Source: Convolutriloba macropyga
Taxonomy: Eukaryota
Length of the DNA stretch: 64,000 nucleotides
Assembly (NCBI RefSeq): GCF_964194025.1
Contig: NC_134470.1
Coordinates: forward strand, 13,020,001-13,084,000
Reading direction: 5' to 3'
The position numbers were made by a program, and so were the translations under genes. Shown in pieces: positions 1 to 11,386 of this stretch (positions within the stretch are counted from its first letter, which is position 1; the number at the start of each line of letters is the position of its first letter). The notes under the pieces were generated by a model. The model did no database searches, was not told the origin of the DNA, and saw only the letters and a list, made by a program, of their open reading frames with translations.

Positions 1-60
1 GGTAAATATACCGTAATGTGGGGGCTATATTTTCATGGGGGGCTATAATGGGAAAGACCC
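1..60. repeat. Right half of a small MITE-like element (same family as 53646-53745 and 54560-54685)
   Basis: Ends in GGGCTATAATGGGAAAGACCC, identical to the right inverted repeat at ~53725-53745. Confidence 0.6.
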
Positions 61-349
61 AAATTTTAAGCTGATAATGAATGTAAAGTTCGAAAACGTT
101 CGAGTTTCAGAGTACCTCAAATCTATACTATTCTATTCTGCTTTCTTTTCAATTTTCTTTCGTCTTCTATGATCGTAGTAGCTAAAGTTTTAATGAATAT
201 TACCAAACGGTTGTTTATGCGTGCTCCCAAGTTGTTCAACGTCAGCTCGGATAACGTCTCGATGGCAGTCACAACTGTGTGGTGATATTCATTAATCGTT
301 AAAGATTTATGCTGAGATTTGCAGATATCAAATAAACTTTCAGAAAGCG

Positions 350-1405
350 ATGAAAAGAAAAGCCATATACGAAAATTCTGATGATGATGCAATTGCAGAA
401 GCAATAGAAAATGCCGCAGAGCCTGTCTCTCTTAGCAAAGAGGATCTGGTTCGGGCTGAATTTGTGACAGAGCCAGAGGCCAATATGCACAAGAAGAAGC
501 TAACACCACAGAAAAGTGTCAAGCTCACGAAAAGTGTAGAACGCACGAAGAAAGCAAAGATATCTGTGGCTATACCTGGGTCTATTCTAAACAACGTTTC
601 TACTCTGAAGTTGAAAACACTATTGGCAGGACAAATCGCGCGATTCTGTGCGATTTTTAAAGTTTCAGAAATTATAATTTTTGATGATTACGATGCTGGG
701 AGTGGTAATGTTGGAGCAACTACAGAATCATGCAAATTGATGAAGAAATTATTAGAGTTTCAAATAATACCTCAGTACATGCGAAAGTTTTTGTTTGGTC
801 AAGATGAAGATTTAATGTTTGCAAGCCTTTTGCACCCGTTGTGTACGCCGCATCATATGCGATATAGTGACGTCTCTGAGTACCGCGATGGCATTACGCT
901 TCCTAAGCGCACAGATGACGGTTTCTCATTAGCAAACTGTGGAATTGAAGACGAAGTAATTCTTGATCGCAAGTTGAAACCTGATATATGTGTTACTGTG
1001 AAGTTTACAGGAAAAGATTATTCATGCGGTCAAGTGGTCTGCCGGAAAGAACCTTTTAAAAAGGGTATTTATTGGGGTTATGAAGTAACAATTGCGGAAT
1101 CGCTGACAGACTTATTGCAAATTGAGACTAAAGATAAATATGATTTAGTTATCGGTACGTCAGACAAAGGCCAATCATTGCAAGACGTTAATATTTGCAA
1201 CAAAGAAAGAGTTTTGGTACTTGTTGGAGGTGTGCAAGGATTAGAACGTGCATTAGCCAATGACGGAGAGAGAACGAAATCTATATCTGATTGCGTCGAT
1301 TTCTATTTGAATTGCTGTCCTGGTCAAGGAAGCAGAACTATAAGAACAGAGGAAGCACTGCCAATAATTTTCTCAAGTCTCAACGAGAAACTTCAGTATA
1401 TGTGA
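350..1405 (+). CDS. SPOUT1: SPOUT-domain RNA methyltransferase (SPOUT1/C9orf114/CENP-32 family), intronless, 351 aa
   Basis: Motifs ISVAIPGSIL, LAGQIARFCAIFKVSEIIIFDD, PQYMRK, LHPLCTPHH, YWGYEV, IGTSDKG and CPGQGSRTIRTEEA typical of the family. Confidence 0.93.
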   Translation: MKRKAIYENSDDDAIAEAIENAAEPVSLSKEDLVRAEFVTEPEANMHKKKLTPQKSVKLTKSVERTKKAKISVAIPGSILNNVSTLKLKTLLAGQIARFCAIFKVSEIIIFDDYDAGSGNVGATTESCKLMKKLLEFQIIPQYMRKFLFGQDEDLMFASLLHPLCTPHHMRYSDVSEYRDGITLPKRTDDGFSLANCGIEDEVILDRKLKPDICVTVKFTGKDYSCGQVVCRKEPFKKGIYWGYEVTIAESLTDLLQIETKDKYDLVIGTSDKGQSLQDVNICNKERVLVLVGGVQGLERALANDGERTKSISDCVDFYLNCCPGQGSRTIRTEEALPIIFSSLNEKLQYM

Positions 1406-1522
1406 AAAGGTTTTTTCGAGAGAATTTGATGTACGGCTTACTTTCTGCTTGATTAGCTGATCTTGAAGCGTATAAGCTCAAGTGGATTTGTTATACTGAT
1501 TTGAAGACCAAATATGGTGGCG

Positions 1523-1528
1523 AATAAA
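1523..1528 (+). promoter_or_regulatory. Candidate polyadenylation signal of SPOUT1
   Basis: AATAAA ~120 nt after the stop, followed by GT/T-rich sequence. Confidence 0.45.
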
Positions 1529-1866
1529 AGTAATTGTGTTGAATGAACCATGAGTTCTGCTTCTGTTCATTGCATTTCGTTCATTGATATTTTTAATGAT
1601 GATTGTGTTTTGAAGTTAATAAAATAAGCGAGACTTTAAAATGCTTTACGCAAAATGTCGCTCTGATCTAAGCCAGGTTTCTAATCATTTGAAATAATAT
1701 TGATAATTAAGTGCTTAGTAGTAGCTTTAAAGTGGATGTCAGGTAATCAAAAAGCTTGCAAAATCCCAAGTTCTGATATCTGTTTCAGTTTTGAGATGGG
1801 ATTGCAACAAAAGTGGTAGTGAAATGTGGTCGTGCTGTTGATGAAGATGTTTGAACCCTTGAAATT

Positions 1867-2047
1867 ATGTTGAACAGGCTTAAAGCTCGCATTTGGTTGT
1901 TCCCACCTTTGTTAGTTTTAGTATTATGCTCGCCACTATGGTATGTTGCGCTGCTGCCATTCACACTTCTGGTGGCCAATATCATAGCCAACATTCTCTA
2001 CCTGTGCATATCAAATAACAAGACTACAGATGCTGATATAATTCATG
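1867..2047 (+). CDS. SNX14: Sorting nexin-14-like, coding exon 1 (N-terminal two-helix membrane anchor)
   Basis: Two hydrophobic segments; strong phase-1 donor G|GTGAGT at 2048 matches the phase-1 acceptor TTTTTAG|GC at 11386/11387. Confidence 0.75.
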
Positions 2048-2599
2048 GTGAGTTAACTCTATTTGTCCAATGATTGTAGCTTTGCGCCTCAAAAATAAAG
2101 TTGCGAAGAGCACAATTATAAAATAAAGCTATTTGCCTGAGTTCCAAGTATAAAATCTTTAATTTTTTCGGTTTTCACAAGATTAATGAAAAATTAGAAT
2201 ATAGTTAGGAAGAGTTAGGCAATTGGAGCCGAGAGCGCTTGCGCCCAAAAGTGAGCTCATTGCTGGAATTATACTGGATTCTTAAAAGAATTATATAGAA
2301 ATATATTATACTTTACTTAGAAGCCAGTTTTGCCGTTGGATTTCACAGGAGTACAAACCAATTGTCAACTGTCATTTTTGGTTAATAGCTGCGATAGCTG
2401 AGTGGAGCTATTAATTGCTCCCAAACAAAGCTTGTAGCAATTATATTTCTCATGTGGTCTTTTTATGCAATAGTAGTAGTAGTTATGGCTTTTGAGGTAT
2501 CGCCTCAAGGGCGTTGTGTTCCAATCTGAATTTCTGAATACAGCTCTGAATGTAGCTAATCAAGTTTTTTTAGACAGTTTTTAGATTGACATGGGACTG

Positions 2600-3045
2600 A
2601 AGATTTATTCTAATTTCTTCCAACTATTACAGTTTGAGCACTTGCAAATGATCCGCCAGGTGCATTTATCATCGTAGTTGTATTTATTGGCGAAGAAACT
2701 CCAGTACAGATCGCTGATGGTCCTTTTGTTCATTTGACTTCGAAAATTACTTAAAAGTTTTTGTTGGCGATGTTATACAAAAATTTTGTTCAATGGAAAT
2801 AATTTCCGTCGGACTTTCGGACTTTAACAGCCGGTTTTGTTTCAATATGTATTCTCCTCGACTATATTGTCTTGTTTTGCTGCCGCATGCTTTTTCGAAT
2901 GTAATCGGAAGGTCATACTTTTGGGAATGTCGAATAATTGGGACTGTTTTGTGTGTCTACCGAATTTATTAGTGATAAAGAGTAGCAGGTCGTGCATCTC
3001 TACATAGAGACTTCTATTATTGGTTTAAAAGCCATTTAAAATCGT
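2600..3045 (-). mobile_element. 3' end of a decayed LINE (LINE-B); probably the continuation of 5976-7600
   Basis: Minus-strand translation gives SLYVEMHDLLLL ... YWSFFANKYNYDDKCTWRIICKCSNC, a Cys-rich LINE ORF2 C-terminus; boundaries approximate. Confidence 0.5.
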
Positions 3046-3049
3046 AACA

Positions 3050-5975
3050 GTGCAGGAAAATTGAAGCAGATAAGTTTTGAGTTTTCGCCTGAATAAAATT
3101 TCGGATGGTATAAGTTTCAGCTAAAAAGAGTTTATTCCACTCAACAGCGACGGCATGCGAGAACGAACGTGTGATCAATGCGTTGCCTAATTGGCAATCA
3201 GTGTAGCTGCTTCAGGTATGAAGTGTTCATTATTCGCTGAAGTTTTCTAAAAAATTTGGCAGACCATAATAAAGCGAATTACAGTAGTCAACACTTGATA
3301 ACACTAAAACAGATAATGAAATGAATTCAAAGTTTGTGAAAACAAAGTTTGTGTTGTCGCAGAGTAAGTTGAAAATCAATATAGCAACCTAGAGCTTTTA
3401 CCTCTTCATTGTAGTCACCATCTTCTGGCAGACGTAAAAGACCATGTTTAACAATTTTACATTTCCGAATAATCATATAATCACTCTTATCCATATTCAG
3501 TTTCAATTTTGCATTGCTGAACCAACGTTGAATCGAGGTCAGAATATTATCAAACATGCATTGACTGAGGGTCGAAACAATTACAAAAAACAAAGAATGG
3601 TATCATCTGCGTAGAAATGATAGTTTATTTCCAAATCTTTCAGCTGATCTTCTAAATTCAGCATGTAACAGGAAAAAAGTAAGGACCAAGAACCAACCCT
3701 TGTGGCACACCCGTCTTAACTTTAACATCACCAGAAAGACATCCATTTATGATAACTTGTTGCGAACGATTCGAAAGATAATTTTCAATAAACAGAAACA
3801 ACACACAATGCAAACCAATCGTTTTCGCTAAAATCGCAATTGAAAACTGATGATTAATTATATCAAACGCTGCGGACAAGTCTAAACCAATATACATCAC
3901 GGAACGCGACTCGTCCAGATAACAAAAAAGATCATAAAAGACTTTCAGTAAAGCCGCTTCCGTTGAATGCGAGCAACGGAAAGCAGTCTCTATACTTGTT
4001 CCTGAGATTATTAGATTTCAGATACAAATTAATTTGCTCTAAAACTACTCTTTCAACAACTTTTGACAGGAATTGTAGATTTGTCACAGGGCGATAACTC
4101 GACAACAATTCAGGATGAAGGTTAGACTTCTTTATGAGCGGCCTCACGACGCCTTGTTTGAATTGATTTGGAAAGTATCCTGTCTGGAGATTAAAATTAA
4201 TTAATGCAATGAAGTAGTCCGGAGAATTCGTCAAAAGAATTTTGCATAACCTGGTTGGTATTTCGCCACTCGGTGCCGTACTGTTCAAAATTTTTGGTAA
4301 AAGTAATTTCAAATAGCTTAGTGTAAAAACCTTAATTGTCCAGGGTAGTTGTATGTGAATCATTCAATTTTAAACCATTCGTTAGATGTATTGAAACTAA
4401 TACGGTTTCTATCTTTTTAACAAAAAACATTAAACGACTTTGCTAAGCATTCAGGCTCCCCTAGTGACTGCGGCAGGACATTATTTTTTCCTAAGAGTTG
4501 ATGCAGCATAGAATACCTAACACTCTTATTTTTTACGAGCGACACATTTGTCGAGGTATTCACTTTTCTTTATTCGTAAACAACTCAAATTACTCCAAAA
4601 CTGAATTAAAAAACCGGCTTTTGTCTTGGGAATTTCCATTCTTTCGATAAGCTTTCTCAAACATCTTCTCGATCTTTTCATGGTTCTCAGCTCACCATCA
4701 AAGAAAGGGCACGTATGATTTCGAACAAGTTTAGTTTTCAGAGGATGGTTCTTATCGACATAACTAACTTCGTTCATTAAAAGTGTTCCAAACATTTTCA
4801 GGATTATCTCTGTCGATCAGAGCAACGATATTTTCTGCAAACGCTTCCACGTCAAATTTTCGCCATTTTCTGCACGAGGCCTTCTTTATAGCTAAATTCT
4901 CGTGCTTTTGCAGAAGGTCAAAGTGCACAACTCCATGATCACAGCTTGTAATGAAATTTACAAGTGGTTCTGATACTTCAACCTCCTCGGATGTTATAAC
5001 TTGGTCTAAAATTCCACCACTTTTGTGAGTAGGCACAGTAACTTGCTGTTGGAAACCAAATTCGTCCAAAAAAGAAAACTAATTTCTTGACGCATCATTT
5101 GATAGCAGCATAGAAATATTGTTATCACCTACAATATGTAATTTTTTCCACAACAGCTCTTTCTATCATAGAACACCGCTAATGCTCCGCCAATTCTTTC
5201 TTTTCTCTTTGCACTCAAGTAATAATAACCATTTGGGCAACACTGCTGGAGAAAACCCATCATTTGAGTTATCTTTGATCCAAGTTTCTGTTAAAACTAT
5301 AAGGTTAAAGTCATTAGCTTCAATAAGATTTTTTATGTGCGAGGTCTTGTTGCGAACCGATCTTGCATTATGTAACCAAACTTTTACACGGTCACTGACA
5401 GATTTAAAATTAGATTGTCAGGTATCAAAGGAGGCCAGCCACTTCCTCGCTTTCTGATTCAAATAAAATCGTAAAAATGAAACATTTTCGGGCCAGAGAT
5501 CGGGAGAATCAACTTGATCATTATCGAATTTGAAAACACAGTGAAAAGATTTCAAACGAGATTCGTTGCATATTTCACGAATACACAGTAGATCAACTCC
5601 CTTCTTCTTGCAATATTCTCTGATATCATCCGTAGAGACAGAGCTACTTAAACGACCAATGTACAGTTGCCATCTTTTCGTTGGCCTTTTAATTACGCTG
5701 GCTGTCGTCTGATGATTAATATTTGTGCCCGTTTTAAAAACTTTTGGTTTTCTGTCTTGGGACTCTCTGTCAGCAAACAAGTTTTCATTGCCTTCAGCTT
5801 TCCGTTTCTTTGAATTACGATCGCTAGCATTGCTGTCAGTCCGATGTCTAGCAGAAACTCTAAGATACGTGTAATGCGGTTTCTTCAGAGAATTTATCTC
5901 CAGCTTCAATGATTGAATTTCAGAAATCAGCGAATCTTCTTGTTTGTTTCCAGACAGATTTTTTAATACTGAATA
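3050..5975 (-). mobile_element. Decayed CR1/L2-group LINE (LINE-A): 5'-truncated ORF1 with RRM-like domain plus frameshifted APE-RT ORF2
   Basis: ORF1 fragment WQLYIGRL...WPENV; APE motifs HNARS, LTETW, PTHKSGGILD, CDHG; RT motifs SYRPVTNL, LDLSAAFD, GVPQG, FYADD. Confidence 0.88.
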
Positions 5976-7600
5976 TTGAGTTGCTCTGTGCATCCGTTTA
6001 GATATTGATTTGTCATGGCTGTTAAATTAAATTCGGCAAAACCATAGCTCTCAAGTTTGGGATTTGCGTCTTGTAGGTCATTTTTAAAAATCAGAAAATT
6101 GTGGTCCTTGTGGTACTCCACTGGTAACTTCTACTTGATCTGAAATTTCGTGGTTTATTTTTGACAAACTGTTTTCTGGTTTCCAGGTACAATTTCAGGA
6201 GGCCTAAAATTTTTTTAACAACTTCCATTTTCATCAGCTTGTGTAGTAGCAAATCATGATAAAATTTATCGAACGCTTTCGCGAAATCTAGATAAAGTAC
6301 GGTTAATTCAAGAACTTGTTTATCAACGTGTTTAGAAAGACTGAATCAAGGAAAAGCAAAAGTTGAATAACAGCTGATCTATTTTTCCGGAAACTGAATT
6401 GATTTTCGTGTAATTTTGTTTCGCAGACTTCGTAAAGTTCGTCAAAAATTTATTCCTCTAGCACTTGGAGATGCAGCATAGTAAACTAATTGACCGATAG
6501 CATTCATCGTCGGCTTTGTTTCCTTCTGTGAAAATTGGTGAAAGATGATTAATTTTCCATATTTCAGGATAAATACATTTGTTAACCATTGTTTGAAAAA
6601 AGAAGCCTTATTGTTTTTGACAGTGTTTTACTTCATTTTTTCACATATATGTTTCCAATGTTATCAGGTCCAGTAGATTTCTTGAATTCCAAAATTTTCA
6701 AGAATGGTTATGATTTCGTCTCCGTGATGGTAATTTTGTTTAGTTTTTGAAAAATATTTGACCTTCTCTGTCTAACTCCGTGGATGTGGACTGGTCTTGA
6801 TATTTAACTGTTTGCGGAATTGCTGTCTTTTTGGCCAATTGATTTAGAATACTTTTGGATGCTTCTGAATTTTCGGCTTTTAAAAACATCGGCTTCGATC
6901 CCTCCTAGATCTGCATCCTGTTGTTTATTCAGCTATTTTTCTAAACGCTTGATTTTTAGTGTTCGATCGAGTTTTAGAATCTTCCATTTGCGTTTTTTGG
7001 AAGCTAATTTCTTCATGAGAAAAGAGGTTGATTTAGATACCCAAGGTGGACAACCATTTGTAAGGCAACATCCAGTTGTGAGTTGGCGACGTTTGAGACG
7101 TTTGTAACAAAATTTTCAGGTACTCTATTTTCGCACTCGTCAGTAGGAACTCATTTGACTCCAGTTGGCTTTTGAAAAATTGATATTGCCTGCAATTGTG
7201 ATTTGACAATTTTGGTTTTCGTTTCTGGGGATTTTGCATAAATCATTAATGAGCCGTTTGAAATTTTCAATATCCCATTTATATGGACTGTTGTCAGGTG
7301 GATTATAGATATTACATAAAAGTGTGTGTTTTGGTTTTGTGTTAATTTTGACGATAACAATTTCATTTTTGCATTGGGTAAGATTATTTCTTCGTGCTTA
7401 ATATGATCGTTAATAGCAACTAATGCGCCACCGTGTTTTGTCTTTAAATGTTCAGATTTTTTACAAATCTTCAATTTTTCGCTTGAAAAATTTTTCGTCT
7501 GACCATTTGTGTTCTCGTCCTCGAAAACAGTATAAGAAAGCCAAGCCCGGAGTGCATTAAGTTCTCTTAATCCACACACCGAAACTAATTTGGAGACCTA
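5976..7600 (-). mobile_element. Decayed LINE (LINE-B) APE/RT fragment; duplicated at ~8842-10466
   Basis: KTKHGGALVAIN (APE), WKINHL..TEGNKADDECYRSISLL and GVPQG...ESYGFA (RT) in broken frames. Confidence 0.7.
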
Positions 7601-8521
7601 ACTGTATGGTGTGAACGGAGGTTCTTGAGATATTGGCTGTAAAAATGGGGTCGAAGGAAGCTAGTACTTGCGAACCGGTGTCCGGAATGTTAGCTGACGT
7701 AAATTTTATCCGAAAACGTCAAAAATTTGAAAAGTAGAATTAATTGCTGAGATAACTGCTGTAAGCAAACTTGAGTGACGCGCAATCATCTAACTCTCCT
7801 AAGCGTGAAATTAATGCAGTTGGCCAAGCCTCGAATGCCATGCCTCAGCGGCCAATGAAGTTTGATCTATTTCAACCAAACAAATTATTACCAACGAAAC
7901 TGTTATACGCGCAATAACTTTTCTGTGTTATCAAATTTTATTGGTTTTCGTCTCCTTTTCGTTTAATATTCCATTCGGCTAATATTCAGGCACCTTGCGA
8001 GCCATATTTGTTGTTCAAGTTCTGACACGGATAGTCATTTTCTTTAAACGAACTCTATCATGAATGCTCTTTTCAAGAATTACACCTAAACAACTATGTT
8101 GTATTTTCAAAAAGAAGTCGAATTGTTCGCTGAAAACATAAGTTGTGAAATTAGCTCTTATGAAAGCAGTGGAAACCCCAGTTTTTAAAACGCGCCCCCG
8201 CCGATCATTTGAGCGAACTTTGTCGGTTATGTTGATTATTTTGAGCTAGATGTAAAGTTGATGAAAGCTCAAAAGTTTGAAATTTTTTATGATCTCGTTT
8301 TTCTGTTTGTTTATTGTTCACTGATGGCTCTTGTACAAGAGAACATAACAAGAAAATTGAACTCTGACTTGTAGGGGGTCTACAAAGCTGCTATCTAGAC
8401 AAAAAGGTTATTAAGCGCAATGCTATTTGATAATAAGTATTCGCACTGTACTGGTGTGTGGGTGATCATTGGTTTTAACGCCGAGTACTCGGAATTGAGG
8501 CAAATGAAGTGTCTTTTTTAG

Positions 8522-8678
8522 GCAGGAGCGGATGCCTTGAAGGGGATGATAGAAATCGTGAAAAGGCGATTGAATATTCGCGCAGTGGTGAAACCAAATT
8601 TGCAAACGTTGATAGTCAACTTTACATTCCTGTCAAAGTAGATAATGCCCTTACAACTCTGTTGGATGCAGTTTGCAA
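8522..8678 (+). pseudogene. Duplicated 5' part of SNX14 exon 2 with intact acceptor
   Basis: Copy of 11387-11543; the reading frame runs into antisense LINE sequence and stops at 8778. Confidence 0.85.
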
Positions 8679-11386
8679 AATTACGATCGCTAGCATTGCT
8701 GTCAGTCCGATGTCTAGCAGAAACTCTAAGATACGTGTAATGCGGTTTCTTCAGAGAATTTATCTCCAGCTTCAATGATTGAATTTCAGAAATCAGCGAA
8801 TCTTCTTGTTTGTTTCCAGACAGATTTTTTAATACTGAATATTGAGTTGCTCTGTGCATCCGTTTAGATATTGATTTGTCATGGCTGTTAAATTAAATTC
8901 GGCAAAACCATAGCTCTCAAGTTTGGGATTTGCGTCTTGTAGGTCATTTTTAAAAATCAGAAAATTGTGGTCCTTGTGGTACTCCACTGGTAACTTCTAC
9001 TTGATCTGAAATTTCGTGGTTTATTTTTGACAAACTGTTTTCTGGTTTCCAGGTACAATTTCAGGAGGCCTAAAATTTTTTTAACAACTTCCATTTTCAT
9101 CAGCTTGTGTAGTAGCAAATCATGATAAAATTTATCGAACGCTTTCGCGAAATCTAGATAAAGTACGGTTAATTCAAGAACTTGTTTATCAACGTGTTTA
9201 GAAAGACTGAATCAAGGAAAAGCAAAAGTTGAATAACAGCTGATCTATTTTTCCGGAAACTGAATTGATTTTCGTGTAATTTTGTTTCGCAGACTTCGTA
9301 AAGTTCGTCAAAAATTTATTCCTCTAGCACTTGGAGATGCAGCATAGTAAACTAATTGACCGATAGCATTCATCGTCGGCTTTGTTTCCTTCTGTGAAAA
9401 TTGGTGAAAGATGATTAATTTTCCATATTTCAGGATAAATACATTTGTTAACCATTGTTTGAAAAAAGAAGCCTTATTGTTTTTGACAGTGTTTTACTTC
9501 ATTTTTTCACATATATGTTTCCAATGTTATCAGGTCCATTAGATTTCTTGAATTCCAAAATTTTCAAGAATGGTTATGATTTCGTCTCCGTGATGGTAAT
9601 TTTGTTTAGTTTTTGAAAAATATTTGACCTTCTCTGTCTAACTCCGTGGATGTGGACTGGTCTTGATATTTAACTGTTTGCGGAATTGCTGTCTTTTTGG
9701 CCAATTGATTTAGAATACTTTTGGATGCTTCTGAATTTTCGGCTTTTAAAAACATCGGCTTCGATCCCTCCTAGATCTGCATCCTGTTGTTTATTCAGCT
9801 ATTTTTCTAAACGCTTGATTTTTAGTGTTCGATCGAGTTTTAGAATCTTCCATTTGCTTTTTTTGGAAGCTAATTTCTTCATGAGAAAAGAGGTTGATTT
9901 AGATACCCAAGGTGGACAACCATTTGTAAGGCAACATCCAGTTGTGAGTTGGCGACGTTTGAGACGTTTGTAACAAAATTTTCAGGTACTCTATTTTCGC
10001 ACTCGTCAGTAGGAACTCATTTGACTCCAGTTGGCTTTTGAAAAATTGATATTGCCTGCAATTGTGATTTGACAATTTTGGTTTTCGTTTCTGGGGATTT
10101 TGCATAAATCATTAATGAGCCGTTTGAAATTTTCAATATCCCATTTATATGGACTGTTGTCAGGTGGATTATAGATATTACATAAAAGTGTGTGTTTTGG
10201 TTTTGTGTTAATTTTGACGATAACAATTTCATTTTTGCATTGGGTAAGATTATTTCTTCGTGCTTAATATGATCGTTAATAGCAACTAATGCGCCACCGT
10301 GTTTTGTCTTTAAATGTTCAGATTTTTTACAAATGTTCAATTTTTCGCTTGAAAAATTTTTCGTCTGACCATTTGTGTTCTCGTCCTCGAAAACAGTATA
10401 AGAAAGCCAAGCCCGGAGTGCATTAAGTTCTCTTAATCCACACACCGAAACTAATTTGGAGACCTAACTTTATGGTGTGAACGGAGGTTCTTGAGACTTT
10501 GGCTGTAAAAATGGGGTCGAAGGAAGCTAGTACTTGCGAACCGGTGTCCGGAATGTTAGCTGACGTAAATTTTATCCGAAAACGTCAAAAATGCGAAAAG
10601 TAGAATTAATTGCTGAGATAACTGCTGTAAGCAAACTTGAGTGACGCGCAATCATCTAACTCTCCTAAGCGTGAAATTAATGCAGTTGGCCAAGCCTCGA
10701 ATGCCATGCCTCAGCGGCCAATGAAGTTTGATTATTTCAACCGAACAAATTATTACCAACGAAACTGTTATACGCGCAATAACTTTTCTGTGTTATCAGA
10801 TTTTATTGGTTTTCGTCTCCTTTCCGTTTAATATTCCATTCGGCTAATATTCAGGCACCTTGCGAGCCATATTTGTTGTTCAAGTTCTGACACGGATAGT
10901 CATTTTCTTTAAACGAACTCTATCATGAATGCTCTTTTCAAGAATTACACTTAAACAACTATGTTGTATTTTCAAAAAGAAGTCGAATTGTTCGCTGAAA
11001 ACATAAGTTGTGAAATTAGCTCATATAAAAGCAGTTGAAACCCCAGTTTTTAAAACCCGCCCCCGCCGATCATTTGAGCGAACTTTGTCGGTTATGTTGA
11101 TTATTTTGAGCTAGATGTAAAGTTGATGAAAGCTCAAAAGTTTGAATTTTTTTATGATCTCGTTTCTCTGTTTGTTTATTGTTCACTGATGGCTCTTGTA
11201 CAAGAGAACATAACAAGAAAATTGAACTCTGACTGGTAGGGGGTCTACAAAGCTGCTATCTAGACAAAAAGGTTATTAAGCGCAATGCTATTTGATTATA
11301 AGTATTCGCACTGTACTGGTGTGTGGGTGATCGTTGGTTTTAACGCCGAGTACTCGGAATTGAGGCAAATTAAGTGTCTTTTTTAG

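Noticed and set aside
11374-11386. GTG start for an 863-aa single-exon protein
   Set aside because: This is the splice-acceptor region; the true N-terminus is probably exon 1867-2047.
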